The notes under the pieces were generated by a model, which had not been told where the DNA came from, ran no database searches, and worked only from the letters and a program-made list of their open reading frames with translations. Of a DNA stretch of 64,000 bases, positions 9,672-19,918 are shown one piece after another; positions within the stretch are counted from its first letter, which is position 1; every line of letters starts with the position of its first letter. A program made the position numbers and the translations under genes. Source of the stretch: a virus (taxonomy: Duplodnaviria > Caudoviricetes); the IMG/VR virus record IMGVR_UViG_3300031134_000001, positions 160,001 to 224,000 of that record, one strand, 5' to 3'.

Positions 9672-10157
9672 ATGGCCATCAAGAGTTCCAAAGTTCCACC
9701 GCGATCTACTTCGCGTAAGTTCGGTAAGATCGAAGAGAATCAAGGCGTGATTGCGTGCGATCGCGTAGTGCCCTTGCCGTTTGACTTGGCCACCGTTTAC
9801 ACCGCTGCGCAGAACTTTCGTATCGATCTGGCAAAGGGTTACCATACACGACCCTCTGACTGGGTACTGGTGCAAGCCAGTTACATGCAAGAAGCATTGG
9901 AAGTCTTGCAAGAGCAAGGTTGCGGTTTGTATCCCGGTGAGAACAATGAACCATGGATTACTGTGCGTGTGGTGGGTAACGTACCCATGCCTTCGCCACG
10001 TGCGATGTCGTTGTCGTTGATCTTTACGTTCCTGTTCGTTCGTAACGATGTGAGTTTGCTTACGTCAAAGTACTTCCCGCACCCAGCCAAGATCAATACG
10101 GCTGAAGCGATCAAAGATTTGCAGACCGAAATCAACAGCGTTTTCGTTTATCACTGA
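9672..10157 (+). CDS. hypothetical protein
   Basis: ATG 9672 directly after folA stop. Confidence 0.7.
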   Translation: MAIKSSKVPPRSTSRKFGKIEENQGVIACDRVVPLPFDLATVYTAAQNFRIDLAKGYHTRPSDWVLVQASYMQEALEVLQEQGCGLYPGENNEPWITVRVVGNVPMPSPRAMSLSLIFTFLFVRNDVSLLTSKYFPHPAKINTAEAIKDLQTEINSVFVYH

Positions 10158-10249
10158 CATACTCCCCCGCCACCCTTACAGGTGGCGGGAGGTATGAACT
10201 ATTTTTTATTGGCAACATTGAAAATATAACGAAATTGTTAGGAGGTATC

Positions 10250-10444
10250 ATGCCCCATAAAGAACCCGTAGCGCCATTTGTCGCGACGTTAGAATTGCGC
10301 ATCGCAGTTCCTGAAGGGACACACATGCCCGACCAACAAAAGTTGCAGCAGCTGTGGGTGGCTGTAACGGCGGAAGGAGTAATCTTAAAGGAGTGGCGCG
10401 ACGTGCCACGCGTTTTAGTCCAAAAGGGAAAAGAACATGAGTGA
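10250..10444 (+). CDS. hypothetical protein
   Basis: AGGAGG RBS before ATG 10250. Confidence 0.6.
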   Translation: MPHKEPVAPFVATLELRIAVPEGTHMPDQQKLQQLWVAVTAEGVILKEWRDVPRVLVQKGKEHE

Positions 10445-10940
10445 AAAGTTGCAGAACAATCCGGAACATAACACGCCAGCAATCCGCGTTACTGTGGAGT
10501 CCCGCGCTCGCGGCACTGGCAGTAGTCGTCTGGCGCACGTCATTGCATTTCTGATCGCCAAGATCGGCTATAGCGATGTTCAGCTTGTTTCCAGCAAGAG
10601 TGAATTCTTGCCGAACGAGCGCCCGGACGCTGACGAAGAAATCGCTGCCATGAGCAAGCAGCCAATTCAAATTGTCGAGATGGTGGTTTTCGACGGCGGA
10701 CATCACGCGCCGCGTCAAGTGTATTCGCACCAAGTCGGCCCTATCAGCCCACTGATGCAAGAAACTGATCTTCGCATCCGTACGCTGTTCGAGGCCATCA
10801 AGCACGGCGATGAAGACCATCAAGCCTGGTTGCGCGCCGCCATCGCCGCACACTTCGCGGGTGAACCAAAACCAGAGTACGTGGCGGGTAAATCGAGCAA
10901 AGATAAACCTGCTGCGGACGTGGAACATCATCCCGTCTAA
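10437..10940 (+). CDS. hypothetical protein
   Basis: Overlaps previous stop; strong codon bias. Confidence 0.75.
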   Translation: MSEKLQNNPEHNTPAIRVTVESRARGTGSSRLAHVIAFLIAKIGYSDVQLVSSKSEFLPNERPDADEEIAAMSKQPIQIVEMVVFDGGHHAPRQVYSHQVGPISPLMQETDLRIRTLFEAIKHGDEDHQAWLRAAIAAHFAGEPKPEYVAGKSSKDKPAADVEHHPV

Positions 10941-11137
10941 ATCGTGTGGTAATAGAGATTTTAACGCACATATTACTGTTAAGATCTAGGTAACGGAACT
11001 TAGAGGCCAGTCCTTCGGGGCTGGCTTTCTATGCCGTCGTTTGGAAACGTAGGAAAAGTTATTCACCTCGCTCATGCTTTGGATGCAGTACGTCCGTATC
11101 CGGCTATTCTTTTGTGTCACTTTAAAAGGGAAGTACA

Positions 11138-12697
11138 ATGAACTCCAATAACCAACAACAAGAACCAACCAAATACGTTTTCTCCATCGATGAGGACGGC
11201 GACATCAGCCCGCATGCAGTAAAGGCAGGCACCGCAGTGCCTGAAATCCCAGCCGGCGTTTATACGTTGGTGTATATCGAACCAATGCCTGGTCGCGGCC
11301 CGCAGCTCTATCTGCGCCCAGAAAAGAACTTCCAGATTCCAGAGCGCCTCTACGGCGACGTCAAGCTGAACGTCGATCGCTATCTGCGTTCGTACGAGAT
11401 GAACGACAAGAATCTGGGTGCGCTGTTCATCGGCGAACAAGGTTCGGGTAAAACCATGCAGCTCAAAGCACTGGCGGTGAAAGCTGTCGAGCTGAGCTAC
11501 CCTGTGATCCTGATCAACGAGGTGATTCCAGGTTCGCTCCTGAACTGGTTCCTCTCGACCATTGTTCAGCCTACGCTCGTGTGTTTCGACGAATTCGAGA
11601 AATCGTACGACACCCCCGATAAGCAACGCCCGATCCTGCAGCTGCTCGACGGCACCAACACGGGTAGCAAAAAGATGTACTGCTTCTCGGCCAACGAGCT
11701 CAAGAAGATCAGCCCGCACATGGTCAATCGCCCAAGCCGTATTCGCTATGTGCGCACGTTCCGTCGCCTGGAAATCTCCACGGTGGTGGACTACGTGCAA
11801 ACCAACCTCAAGAACTGTACGGAAGACCACGTCCGTGCGTTCATCCATCTGGCTCTGGCTGACGGTCTGGACGAAGATCGCAAGAACATGTCGAACGGCA
11901 TGAACTTCGACATGATGGCCGAATACGTGCGCGAGATGAACCAATTCCCTGGTTCGCTCAACGAGGTGCTTCACGTGATGGGGTTGAAAGGCAGCGATAC
12001 GTGGGCCCGCTTCGAAGTGAACGGCTTTGTCGACGGCGAGCGGGTGCATCATGCCATGGCGCACGGCACGCACAGCGGCGCCTACGCGGGTAGCGATGAA
12101 TGGTTGATCAACTTCAGTATCCATGTAGAAAAACTGCGTGAGAAAGCTACCGAAGATGAAGTCGACCGCTGGAAATGGGACTACGACAAAGTCGAGCTCA
12201 CCCAGCGCGATTTCAAGAGCTTTGGCGATTCGCATGATTCGCTGATCTTTGAGAAAGATGGCGTGGAATACCACCTGCGCTATATCGACTTCGAGAAATC
12301 GAACAAGCTGAAAATCAAAGTGGAGGAAACCAATTCGGGAAAGCGGCCCGCGCAGCAGCCAAAGACGGCGGCTCTGCGCGTGGAATCGGCCGCGGATTCA
12401 GTTTCCCCATGTCCCTCCCCCTTGACCACAGCTTCGTCTTCCCACTCAGCCTCTCCTTCGGAAGAATGTACCGTGAAGCCTTCGGAGACTACAAGCCAGA
12501 CGACTACGCCGATGGCGGAAATCCAAAAAACATCCGAGAATCCGACGCAAAAGGAATCGAGCAGTCAACCTCCGGAGGAAAAGAACTCGACACCGACACC
12601 AACGAGAAACTCTCTGAAGACGGTGATGATGACGACGATGACGACGAAAGAAAGCCCGAAGGATGCCTCGACTGGTCATGACCCAGATCAGTCGTAA
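11138..12697 (+). CDS. AAA+ ATPase paralogue 1 (0-frame product; possible -1 frameshift isoform ending 12681)
   Basis: Walker A GEQGSGKT, Walker B VCFDEFEK, sensor SAN, NRPSRIRY. Confidence 0.9.
   Translation: MNSNNQQQEPTKYVFSIDEDGDISPHAVKAGTAVPEIPAGVYTLVYIEPMPGRGPQLYLRPEKNFQIPERLYGDVKLNVDRYLRSYEMNDKNLGALFIGEQGSGKTMQLKALAVKAVELSYPVILINEVIPGSLLNWFLSTIVQPTLVCFDEFEKSYDTPDKQRPILQLLDGTNTGSKKMYCFSANELKKISPHMVNRPSRIRYVRTFRRLEISTVVDYVQTNLKNCTEDHVRAFIHLALADGLDEDRKNMSNGMNFDMMAEYVREMNQFPGSLNEVLHVMGLKGSDTWARFEVNGFVDGERVHHAMAHGTHSGAYAGSDEWLINFSIHVEKLREKATEDEVDRWKWDYDKVELTQRDFKSFGDSHDSLIFEKDGVEYHLRYIDFEKSNKLKIKVEETNSGKRPAQQPKTAALRVESAADSVSPCPSPLTTASSSHSASPSEECTVKPSETTSQTTTPMAEIQKTSENPTQKESSSQPPEEKNSTPTPTRNSLKTVMMTTMTTKESPKDASTGHDPDQS
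12337..12383 (+). promoter_or_regulatory. candidate -1 programmed frameshift cassette
   Basis: In-register G_GGA_AAG (12337-43), 5-nt spacer, stem CGCGCAG/CTGCGCG (12349-55/12374-80) plus AGCC/GGCT; -1 frame open to 12681. Confidence 0.6.
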
Positions 12698-12790
12698 TCG
12701 GCACTACTTGTAATACCATCTAAGCCCGCGCTACCAGAGGCGGGTCGTAATCTGTACTACCCATAACCAACAACTATTAAGGATAAGACC

Positions 12791-14227
12791 ATGAACATTC
12801 AAAAACAACAACGCGAAGAAGTCAAGTACGCTTTCGATATCGCAGACGACGGCGTGGTTCGTCCAATGCGTCGAGTGCGTTCGAACATGGTGGCTGAATT
12901 GCCACCGCGGGTATACCGCTTGGTTGTCGATCAGACTGGTCCGCATCTGGTGCCAGAAAACGACTTCAACATGCCGGCACGGGTGTACGGTACATCGAAC
13001 ACCTACGCGCAACGCTTTATCCGCGCATACGAGCTGGGTACCAAAAACCTCGGCGCGTTGCTGATCGGTTTGCCTGGTTCGGGTAAGACCTTGACGCTCA
13101 AGCACGTGGCCATGCTCGCGGTGCAAGCGATGATGCCGGCGATCATCGTCAACACGGCGATCTCCGGTCAGATCCTAACGCAATTCCTCTCGACCATCAC
13201 CCAGCAATGCGTGGTCTGCATGGATGAATTCGACAAGAAATACGGCGGCAAAGATTCGGACGGCGATTCGATCCCGCTGGAGATGCAAGACTCGATCCTG
13301 GAACTGCTCGATGGCGCGACCGTCGGCGAAAAGAAGATGTTCATTCTGACCGCCAACGACGACGGCAAGATCTCGCCTCTGCTCAAGGACCGTCCTAGCC
13401 GGATTCGCTACACGATCAAGTACGCGCAAATCGACCAGGACACCGTCATCGATTATGTCAGCTCCAACCTCAAGAACTGCACGGAGGATCATATCCGCGC
13501 TTTCCTGATGGTGGCCAACGCCGACCGCATGAGTCGCACCGGCATGAACTTCGATTCGATGGTCGAACTCGTGAACGAAATGAACTACTTCGAATGCTCG
13601 CTCGACGAAGCGCTCGAACTCATGCTGCGTAACGGCAAGGAATCCTTCACGTCATTTAATGTCAAGGTGTTCCGTGAAGGCGTGTGGATCGATACTTCAG
13701 CCGGCTTCGGTAGTCATAACGGCGTGTACATGACGAATGGTGACTACGTCCTCACCTTCCAAATGGTGGTGCCGTCGACGCAGGAGGATGTACCCGCCCA
13801 GCGTTACGAGGTGAGACTCACGGCTGATCATTTCGTCGGCTTCGCTGAAAGCCGTTCGGCCTTCGAGTTCAAACTCAATGAGTTCACGTTCATGCTCGAC
13901 ATGGTTGATCAAGCAACAGCCAGTCGAAATAGTACGGCTGCAAAGAACGCTTATGAACAGCGGCCTGACGTGATCGCATACAAAGAGCAGAAGCAAAAGG
14001 AGAAGGAGAAAGAAGCTGCTGAAAAGAACGCGGCAGAAAACGACGATGAAGATGATGGTCTGAAAATCCGTCGTCCGCGGATGTTCGGCATGGATCTGGA
14101 GGCCATGGGCATGGGTCGTCACCATTTGACTAGCCTTATCCGCGATTACGGGACCGAGGTGTCTTCCGATCTGTTGCCGCCGGCGATGAATTTCGGCGCG
14201 CCCGACCCTGACGACAAAGCATCATAA
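12791..14227 (+). CDS. AAA+ ATPase paralogue 2
   Basis: GLPGSGKT, VCMDEFDK, LTAN, DRPSRIRY; VIDYVSSNLKNCTEDHIRAF closely matches paralogue 1. Confidence 0.9.
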   Translation: MNIQKQQREEVKYAFDIADDGVVRPMRRVRSNMVAELPPRVYRLVVDQTGPHLVPENDFNMPARVYGTSNTYAQRFIRAYELGTKNLGALLIGLPGSGKTLTLKHVAMLAVQAMMPAIIVNTAISGQILTQFLSTITQQCVVCMDEFDKKYGGKDSDGDSIPLEMQDSILELLDGATVGEKKMFILTANDDGKISPLLKDRPSRIRYTIKYAQIDQDTVIDYVSSNLKNCTEDHIRAFLMVANADRMSRTGMNFDSMVELVNEMNYFECSLDEALELMLRNGKESFTSFNVKVFREGVWIDTSAGFGSHNGVYMTNGDYVLTFQMVVPSTQEDVPAQRYEVRLTADHFVGFAESRSAFEFKLNEFTFMLDMVDQATASRNSTAAKNAYEQRPDVIAYKEQKQKEKEKEAAEKNAAENDDEDDGLKIRRPRMFGMDLEAMGMGRHHLTSLIRDYGTEVSSDLLPPAMNFGAPDPDDKAS

Positions 14228-14297
14228 CACCACCTAGACCCGCGCTAATATAGGCGGGTCTGGTCGTTACTTCATAACTAACAACAAAGGTACTATC

Positions 14298-15185
14298 ATG
14301 AAAGCTAAAGAAGTGTACTGCGGGATGATTCAGTTCTTCACCCGTACTTTCGATAAACTCGATTTCAGCGTACGTCGTCAAACGACCGTGCGTCCACTAC
14401 ACGATCCTGAGGTCAAGGCCGTGGGCAATGCCGAGCTGGAAGACATGGCGACTGCTTTGCTCAACGCAGCGCACGCGTCCGGCCAAACCATCACGATCGA
14501 AAGCAAAAGCGTGGCCCCATACGGCATGGGTGGTTATGCGCCTCAAGTGAAGATTCATCCGAACTACGCCAGCGTGCGCGCCGCGATGGATGCGTTACAA
14601 GCGCGCCGGGACGGCACCGCCAAGCCACCAGCCCAATTGAAGTACGATCCAGAGCATCTGCCACAACCGCTCAAGGCACGCTTGATCCCATGGCCAGACG
14701 CTGACGAAGAACTGCAAGACGCCTTAAGTCGCGACCCACGTCATCTGCCACACCACGTGTTGGTGCGTCTGGTGAAAGAATACGACCGCCGCCTGATGCA
14801 GATGTGGGACAAGGTCGGCTTCGAACGCCAACACAATCTGGTATCGGATTTCCAAAACTCCGTTCCGGCTAAGCTGCGCGAAAAAGACAGCCCGTCAGCA
14901 GATCCGACCAGTAAACCAATCACGGTGTCGTACAGTACCAGCGTTGGTGATCTGTCAAAGATGTTATCGCTCACATCTCAGCAGCTCATCCAGAGAATGA
15001 TCTCGCTGAAAATGCGCCAGTGCACAATCAGCAATCGGCTGTCTTTTGATGAAATCAAGAAGATAGCGCTTTCTTTCGGGTATATCTCTCGCCTCGAAAC
15101 CGAATACGCAATGGAACTGGTGCGCACTTCAGACGCAGTAAACGGAGGCACCGCAGCGAAGGAAGACCATGCATCCGGAACTTAA
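14298..15185 (+). CDS. hypothetical protein
   Basis: AACTAACAACAAAGG leader. Confidence 0.75.
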   Translation: MKAKEVYCGMIQFFTRTFDKLDFSVRRQTTVRPLHDPEVKAVGNAELEDMATALLNAAHASGQTITIESKSVAPYGMGGYAPQVKIHPNYASVRAAMDALQARRDGTAKPPAQLKYDPEHLPQPLKARLIPWPDADEELQDALSRDPRHLPHHVLVRLVKEYDRRLMQMWDKVGFERQHNLVSDFQNSVPAKLREKDSPSADPTSKPITVSYSTSVGDLSKMLSLTSQQLIQRMISLKMRQCTISNRLSFDEIKKIALSFGYISRLETEYAMELVRTSDAVNGGTAAKEDHASGT

Positions 15186-15477
15186 ATTCTTCCTGACGCT
15201 GGGCTTTCTGATCGCCTATGCCGTAGGCTTCTTCTGCTACGAGCTCTGGCTGTTCAACCTCGTGACGTGGTGGTGGACAGAACTGATGCGCTATCGCGAG
15301 ATCTTCACCATGTTCCAAGCGCTCGTTAACTTCGGCTGGGTGGCTGGTACTACAATCATGATGGTGCCGCTATTTGCCTGGGCGCCGGTGTGGTTGTTTA
15401 AAGAGCTGATGGAGATCTACCGCCAGTACCACTTCGATAAACCTTACGAAGCCAAACCGTACGTCTCTTACCGATAA
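15169..15477 (+). CDS. membrane protein
   Basis: Two TM segments. Confidence 0.7.
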   Translation: MHPELKFFLTLGFLIAYAVGFFCYELWLFNLVTWWWTELMRYREIFTMFQALVNFGWVAGTTIMMVPLFAWAPVWLFKELMEIYRQYHFDKPYEAKPYVSYR

Positions 15478-15557
15478 ATTTTATGCATCGCTAAGTCATT
15501 GGAGACTCAAAACATCGAGTCTCTTTTCTTTATCTTTTTATCAACGAGGTTAATGAG

Positions 15558-15767
15558 ATGTACTTTCGCATTCAACAAAGCTTGATGTTAAGTGGTTACC
15601 TCGGACTGCTGTTCTCGGTCTTTGGTCCATGGCCGATCGTTACCCCACACTGGGTGCGGGAAGCTTCAGCACTCTTCTTTGGCATCATCATGATTTCTGG
15701 CGTGATCATGGCCGTCATTACCGAGCATCGCTACGAGCGTGCTCAACGAAAAGCCTCCCGCCGATAG
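15558..15767 (+). CDS. membrane protein
   Basis: GAGG RBS; two TM segments. Confidence 0.65.
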   Translation: MYFRIQQSLMLSGYLGLLFSVFGPWPIVTPHWVREASALFFGIIMISGVIMAVITEHRYERAQRKASRR

Positions 15768-15892
15768 CGGGGGGTTTTTATACCTCTTCTTTTTTTTTGG
15801 TTGAATGGGGCTTTCGTTACCGTTTGATATGAGTCAACCAACTCATCCAAACATTATCATTCAGATTAAAAAGTATTACGAAGAGGAAAGTT

Positions 15893-16057
15893 ATGTGCAG
15901 ATTTTTAATTATGTCACTAATCGCTGTGTTGGTGATATTAGGTGTTGTGTTTTTTGTTGTCACTGCGTTAGCAACTGTTGTCGGTGTCCTGGCATGGATC
16001 GTCGGTTATGTGGCTTGGTCGTACGCTGCTGACGTTTCTCTACGTTTGAAAGACTGA
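15893..16057 (+). CDS. small membrane protein (54 aa, not in track)
   Basis: GAGGA RBS; almost entirely hydrophobic. Confidence 0.6.
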   Translation: MCRFLIMSLIAVLVILGVVFFVVTALATVVGVLAWIVGYVAWSYAADVSLRLKD

Positions 16058-16058
16058 C

Positions 16059-16679
16059 ATGGGACATCTTGTTAAAGTGGACGGCATTGAACTCAATGCC
16101 ACAGTACGCGCTCAATCGTTGGAGTGCGACGAATGCAATGATCAGTACAACGGCGGGAACGGCGAAGACAAAGCTGGCCCTATCAAGCCGAATGGCTACC
16201 GTAGTATCACACCTACCGATCTAATCTGGGACGCGAAGCGCTTAGGGTGGACGGGGCTGGAGAAGTACGAGACGCCCCCGCAAGGTAAAGCGCCGCCAGA
16301 CTTGTGTCCTGTGTGTTCTGCCATGAAACGAGCACCATACTGGCCAACACTGGTGCATGAACCGATAGGCTCCCTGATCATCGCTTATCAGCCTACCGGT
16401 CCCCTGGTGCAGCGCCACGTTCTGGTGGCTCCTCTGGAGCGTCGCAAGATCGGTGTGGGTGTGCATAATTGGCCTGGCCGTAGTCGGGTCATTCAAGCGC
16501 CTGCAATTATCGATGTCAAGATCGTTGCGCAAGAAATGGGACCACTGGAGATTGACTTTCTCAACATCGTCCGCTGGCCTGGTCACAAAACACAACCGCC
16601 CTTCAAAGCAAAGTCTCCCACCATCCGCCTGTGGTCCTGGGGTGATGGCAAAGTGTACGCCAAAGAAGTTTCTCATTAA
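16059..16679 (+). CDS. Zn-finger hypothetical protein
   Basis: CDEC ... CPVC. Confidence 0.7.
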   Translation: MGHLVKVDGIELNATVRAQSLECDECNDQYNGGNGEDKAGPIKPNGYRSITPTDLIWDAKRLGWTGLEKYETPPQGKAPPDLCPVCSAMKRAPYWPTLVHEPIGSLIIAYQPTGPLVQRHVLVAPLERRKIGVGVHNWPGRSRVIQAPAIIDVKIVAQEMGPLEIDFLNIVRWPGHKTQPPFKAKSPTIRLWSWGDGKVYAKEVSH

Positions 16680-16702
16680 CGCACCATAACCAAATAAGAA
16701 CC

Positions 16703-17677
16703 ATGTCCAAAGAGAAATTCCCTACCAGCACCGAACACCCAAATGTTTGCCTGTGGCATGCGAACTGCATGGACGGTCAGATTGCCGCAGCATTGATGTA
16801 TCGTTTCTTTCGCGGTAAGATCGAATGCGTACCAGTGCGCTACAACGAACCACCACCGCTTGAACTAATGCGCGGTAAGCACGTCTATCTGGTGGACTTC
16901 ACGTACCCAGTGGATGTGCTGTTACCTCATCTCGATTCGATGGCATCGCTTAACATCCTCGACCATCATCAAGACGCCATGGCGGACTGGCAGCGTCTTT
17001 GGGCAACTGCCGATAGCCCATCCGAGGTAAATCTGGAAAAGTTGTACGTCAAGTTTGACATTACTAAGTCAGGCGCGATGCTGGTGTGGGATTTCACCTT
17101 TGGCGTGGGCGGCGATCATCCTTTGGCGCTTACCGTACCAAAACTTGTGCGTTATGCACAAGCGTACGATCTGTGGACCAAAGAACTCCACATGACCGAC
17201 GAAGTGCAAAGCGCGCTGCGTTACAACTACCCGCCACATTTGGCCAAGCTCGATGAGCTGGCTAGCTTCCTGCTTCTGGCCAACGAAGCGGACATCGAAG
17301 AACTGAAAGACACCGGCAAGATTATTCTGGATCAAGAGCGCGTTCTGGCTGAGTCATTGATTCGCCGCTCGCTTCGATTCGAGACGTTCTTGGGTTACGA
17401 GAACGTCGCTGTGTGTCAGATGCCGGCTGAACTGGTTAACCAGGCAGGTGAGATGATTTACACTCGCCATCCTGAAGTACCGTTTGTGGTGCTGTTCGAG
17501 GACAACTACAAATACCAAAGCCGCAAGTACTCGTTCCGCAGCCATCGCGATCTGGGGATGAACGTATCCAAAGTCGCCGCGATGTTGGGCGGTAAAGGTC
17601 ACAAGAATTCGGCAGGCGCCACGGTTAACCTCGCGCTTGTCTTCGAAGCTGAAGCAATGTTCGACATCGTCGAATAA
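16703..17677 (+). CDS. DHH/DHHA1 phosphoesterase
   Basis: HANCMDG, VDFT, LDHH, YSFRS, LGGKGHKNSAG. Confidence 0.9.
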   Translation: MSKEKFPTSTEHPNVCLWHANCMDGQIAAALMYRFFRGKIECVPVRYNEPPPLELMRGKHVYLVDFTYPVDVLLPHLDSMASLNILDHHQDAMADWQRLWATADSPSEVNLEKLYVKFDITKSGAMLVWDFTFGVGGDHPLALTVPKLVRYAQAYDLWTKELHMTDEVQSALRYNYPPHLAKLDELASFLLLANEADIEELKDTGKIILDQERVLAESLIRRSLRFETFLGYENVAVCQMPAELVNQAGEMIYTRHPEVPFVVLFEDNYKYQSRKYSFRSHRDLGMNVSKVAAMLGGKGHKNSAGATVNLALVFEAEAMFDIVE

Positions 17678-17703
17678 CGACAAAGATAAAAAAGGAAAAC
17701 AGC

Positions 17704-19083
17704 ATGAGCCTGCACCATATCACCCAAGAAACCAAACGCTTGCCACAGTTTATCTTGGCGATCGACGCCGAGTATTACTACAACCTGGCCCCCAACTTCG
17801 TCAACAGCATCAACGAGTTCCCGGCGGACTCGTTTTGCCGTAACGCGCAAAGCTATCTGGCGATTCGTGAACGCGAGTACTTGGATGAGTCGACTTCGTT
17901 CACCCAACGCGATCTGGTCGGCGGTTGGACCATGAATGCCAAGGGCGAAAAGAAGAAGGGCGATCCTCGCTACAAACAACTGCTGCCGTACCTGGTCGCC
18001 CGTCAACTGCAGGAAGACGGCACGTACCTGTACTTCCCGTACCGCCGCACCAAGAAGGTCGGCGAGTCGCGCCTGGCTGGTAATGGCTCGCTCGGCTACG
18101 GCGGGCACATCGATCTGGAAGACATCGTCTCGACCAAGTCGATCATCGACCTGGGTGCTACCATTCTGAAGTCGGCTGAGCGTGAAGCAGTCGAAGAGTT
18201 CACCTTGCGCCACACCTTCTTTGGTGAACAAAAAGTCACTCTGGGCATGTACCGCGACAACATCTCGTTCGGCAACCTGTTCATCGTCGACAACAGCAAC
18301 GAAGTCGGCGAACTGCACCTGGGTATCATCATGTACTTCGACGTTCCGCTGGGCTGGACCCTCGAAGCGTCGGAAGACGAACTGGCGAAGCTGCCGCCGA
18401 TGACTGCCCAGCAGATGCTGACGGACCCATCGTTCAACGGCGAGAACTGGACCATGCTCTACCTTAACCACATCGCCGGCGGCGCCGACGTCGAGATGGA
18501 CGACTCCGGCTGCGAAGTCGAACAACTGAGCGACCTGTGCGAAGACGACATCCCAGGTAGCGAAGGCAATGGCGAAGGTGGCGATGTGGCACCGCTCTTC
18601 AATTATACCAGCACCGAAATCAAAGAACTGCCGATCTATATTGTCCCTCGTATCAATCCGTCCGAGTTCACTCATCTGGACCAGTACACCGCAATGACTG
18701 AACGTCCTCAATCGATTGAACAAAATTCGACCCTGTCGATCGACCACGGCGGCGAGAAAGTCGGCGAAGCCGATGCTCAGTTCGTGCGAGATGAAATCGC
18801 CAAGCGTGACAACCGTATTCCACAGACCGAGAAAGAAGCTCTCAATTTCGGCCGTGGCGGCGCTTACGCTCCTGAAGGAACACCTGAAGCTCTGGCTAAA
18901 CTGCAAAACGCATCGGCGACCTCGGCCAACAGTCACAAGACTGACGCCGCCACGGCGCCGCGCTATATCAGCGAAAACTTCAAGGCCACCATTAACGGTG
19001 TGGATATTCCGCTGGAAGTAACTGAGCAAGAAGAAGAACACTTCAAGTTCATGGCCGCGTCCGTCGGAGCGCCTCGTGTCTAA
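17704..19083 (+). CDS. Nudix-like phosphoesterase (YmaB/COG4112-like) with long acidic C-terminal extension
   Basis: DPRYKQLLPY, YRR..GESRL, SLGYGGHID, AEREAVEE, NEVGELHLG. Confidence 0.8.
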   Translation: MSLHHITQETKRLPQFILAIDAEYYYNLAPNFVNSINEFPADSFCRNAQSYLAIREREYLDESTSFTQRDLVGGWTMNAKGEKKKGDPRYKQLLPYLVARQLQEDGTYLYFPYRRTKKVGESRLAGNGSLGYGGHIDLEDIVSTKSIIDLGATILKSAEREAVEEFTLRHTFFGEQKVTLGMYRDNISFGNLFIVDNSNEVGELHLGIIMYFDVPLGWTLEASEDELAKLPPMTAQQMLTDPSFNGENWTMLYLNHIAGGADVEMDDSGCEVEQLSDLCEDDIPGSEGNGEGGDVAPLFNYTSTEIKELPIYIVPRINPSEFTHLDQYTAMTERPQSIEQNSTLSIDHGGEKVGEADAQFVRDEIAKRDNRIPQTEKEALNFGRGGAYAPEGTPEALAKLQNASATSANSHKTDAATAPRYISENFKATINGVDIPLEVTEQEEEHFKFMAASVGAPRV

Positions 19084-19136
19084 CCGGGCTGAAACGGCCC
19101 CAGGACCACAATCGTCGCCGGAACCTACCGACTATC

Positions 19137-19406
19137 ATGTCGGGGAGATTCGGCGGCGTGTGGACGCGCCTGTCAAGCCGACTGTGGAGAAACCACGTGA
19201 ACAAACCCCGTAAACGACGGGTCGTCAAGAAAGTTAAACAAGACGGCCCGTTCTCCAATAAACTGTTAACCTTGGCCCGCAACACTGTCGCTAAGGTTAA
19301 AGCTGGCACCATGACACGTGACGCCGCTCAGAAGCTGTTAACTGAAAGCGGCATGCCGGTACTTAAGATCGAAGGGTGGGTTGATCCTCATGCTCCTCAT
19401 GCGTGA
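19137..19406 (+). CDS. basic hypothetical protein
   Basis: ORF track; weak RBS. Confidence 0.45.
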   Translation: MSGRFGGVWTRLSSRLWRNHVNKPRKRRVVKKVKQDGPFSNKLLTLARNTVAKVKAGTMTRDAAQKLLTESGMPVLKIEGWVDPHAPHA

Positions 19407-19710
19407 AGCGCTTATCGAAAAAGCTGCAGCAGTAACCGCCGAAGTTTTCTACGACTTGCATCAAGGGCGTGGGGATACTTCGCTGGTCGAAGTCGACGGC
19501 GAGAAGGTAATTCGTCCTTATCTGCCGCTCATGGTCGATCCAATCGGGGAGGGTCTGGAGTTTCGCAATACGGAAATCACGGACCCGCAGAGCAAGAAGT
19601 CTTTCAATCTCACACCGACCGAGAAGAAATACCTCGACGAACGTGTGGATAAACTTCTGGCCAAGAAGGTGCGCGAAGCAATCACCTCAATGAAGAAGCA
19701 AGATGGCTGA
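19390..19710 (+). CDS. hypothetical protein
   Basis: Chained ORFs with overlapping stops and starts. Confidence 0.65.
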   Translation: MLLMREALIEKAAAVTAEVFYDLHQGRGDTSLVEVDGEKVIRPYLPLMVDPIGEGLEFRNTEITDPQSKKSFNLTPTEKKYLDERVDKLLAKKVREAITSMKKQDG

Positions 19711-19918
19711 TACTTCCGAAGCGCTCTTTCAAGAAGCCAAAAACTTGATTGAGCGCGCTCACGTGATCGGCGTGGTGATTAACTTATCCATGCCATCGGC
19801 CAAGCAAAAGCAAACCTTCGGCACGACTGACGCTGTCGTCGTTGCTCCTGACACCCACGGGTCGGGGAAGACGTTGTTCTACCCGACCCCTAGCCGAACC
19901 GGACAGAAATTCTTATGA
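19703..19918 (+). CDS. hypothetical protein
   Basis: Overlapping start/stop. Confidence 0.65.
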   Translation: MADTSEALFQEAKNLIERAHVIGVVINLSMPSAKQKQTFGTTDAVVVAPDTHGSGKTLFYPTPSRTGQKFL

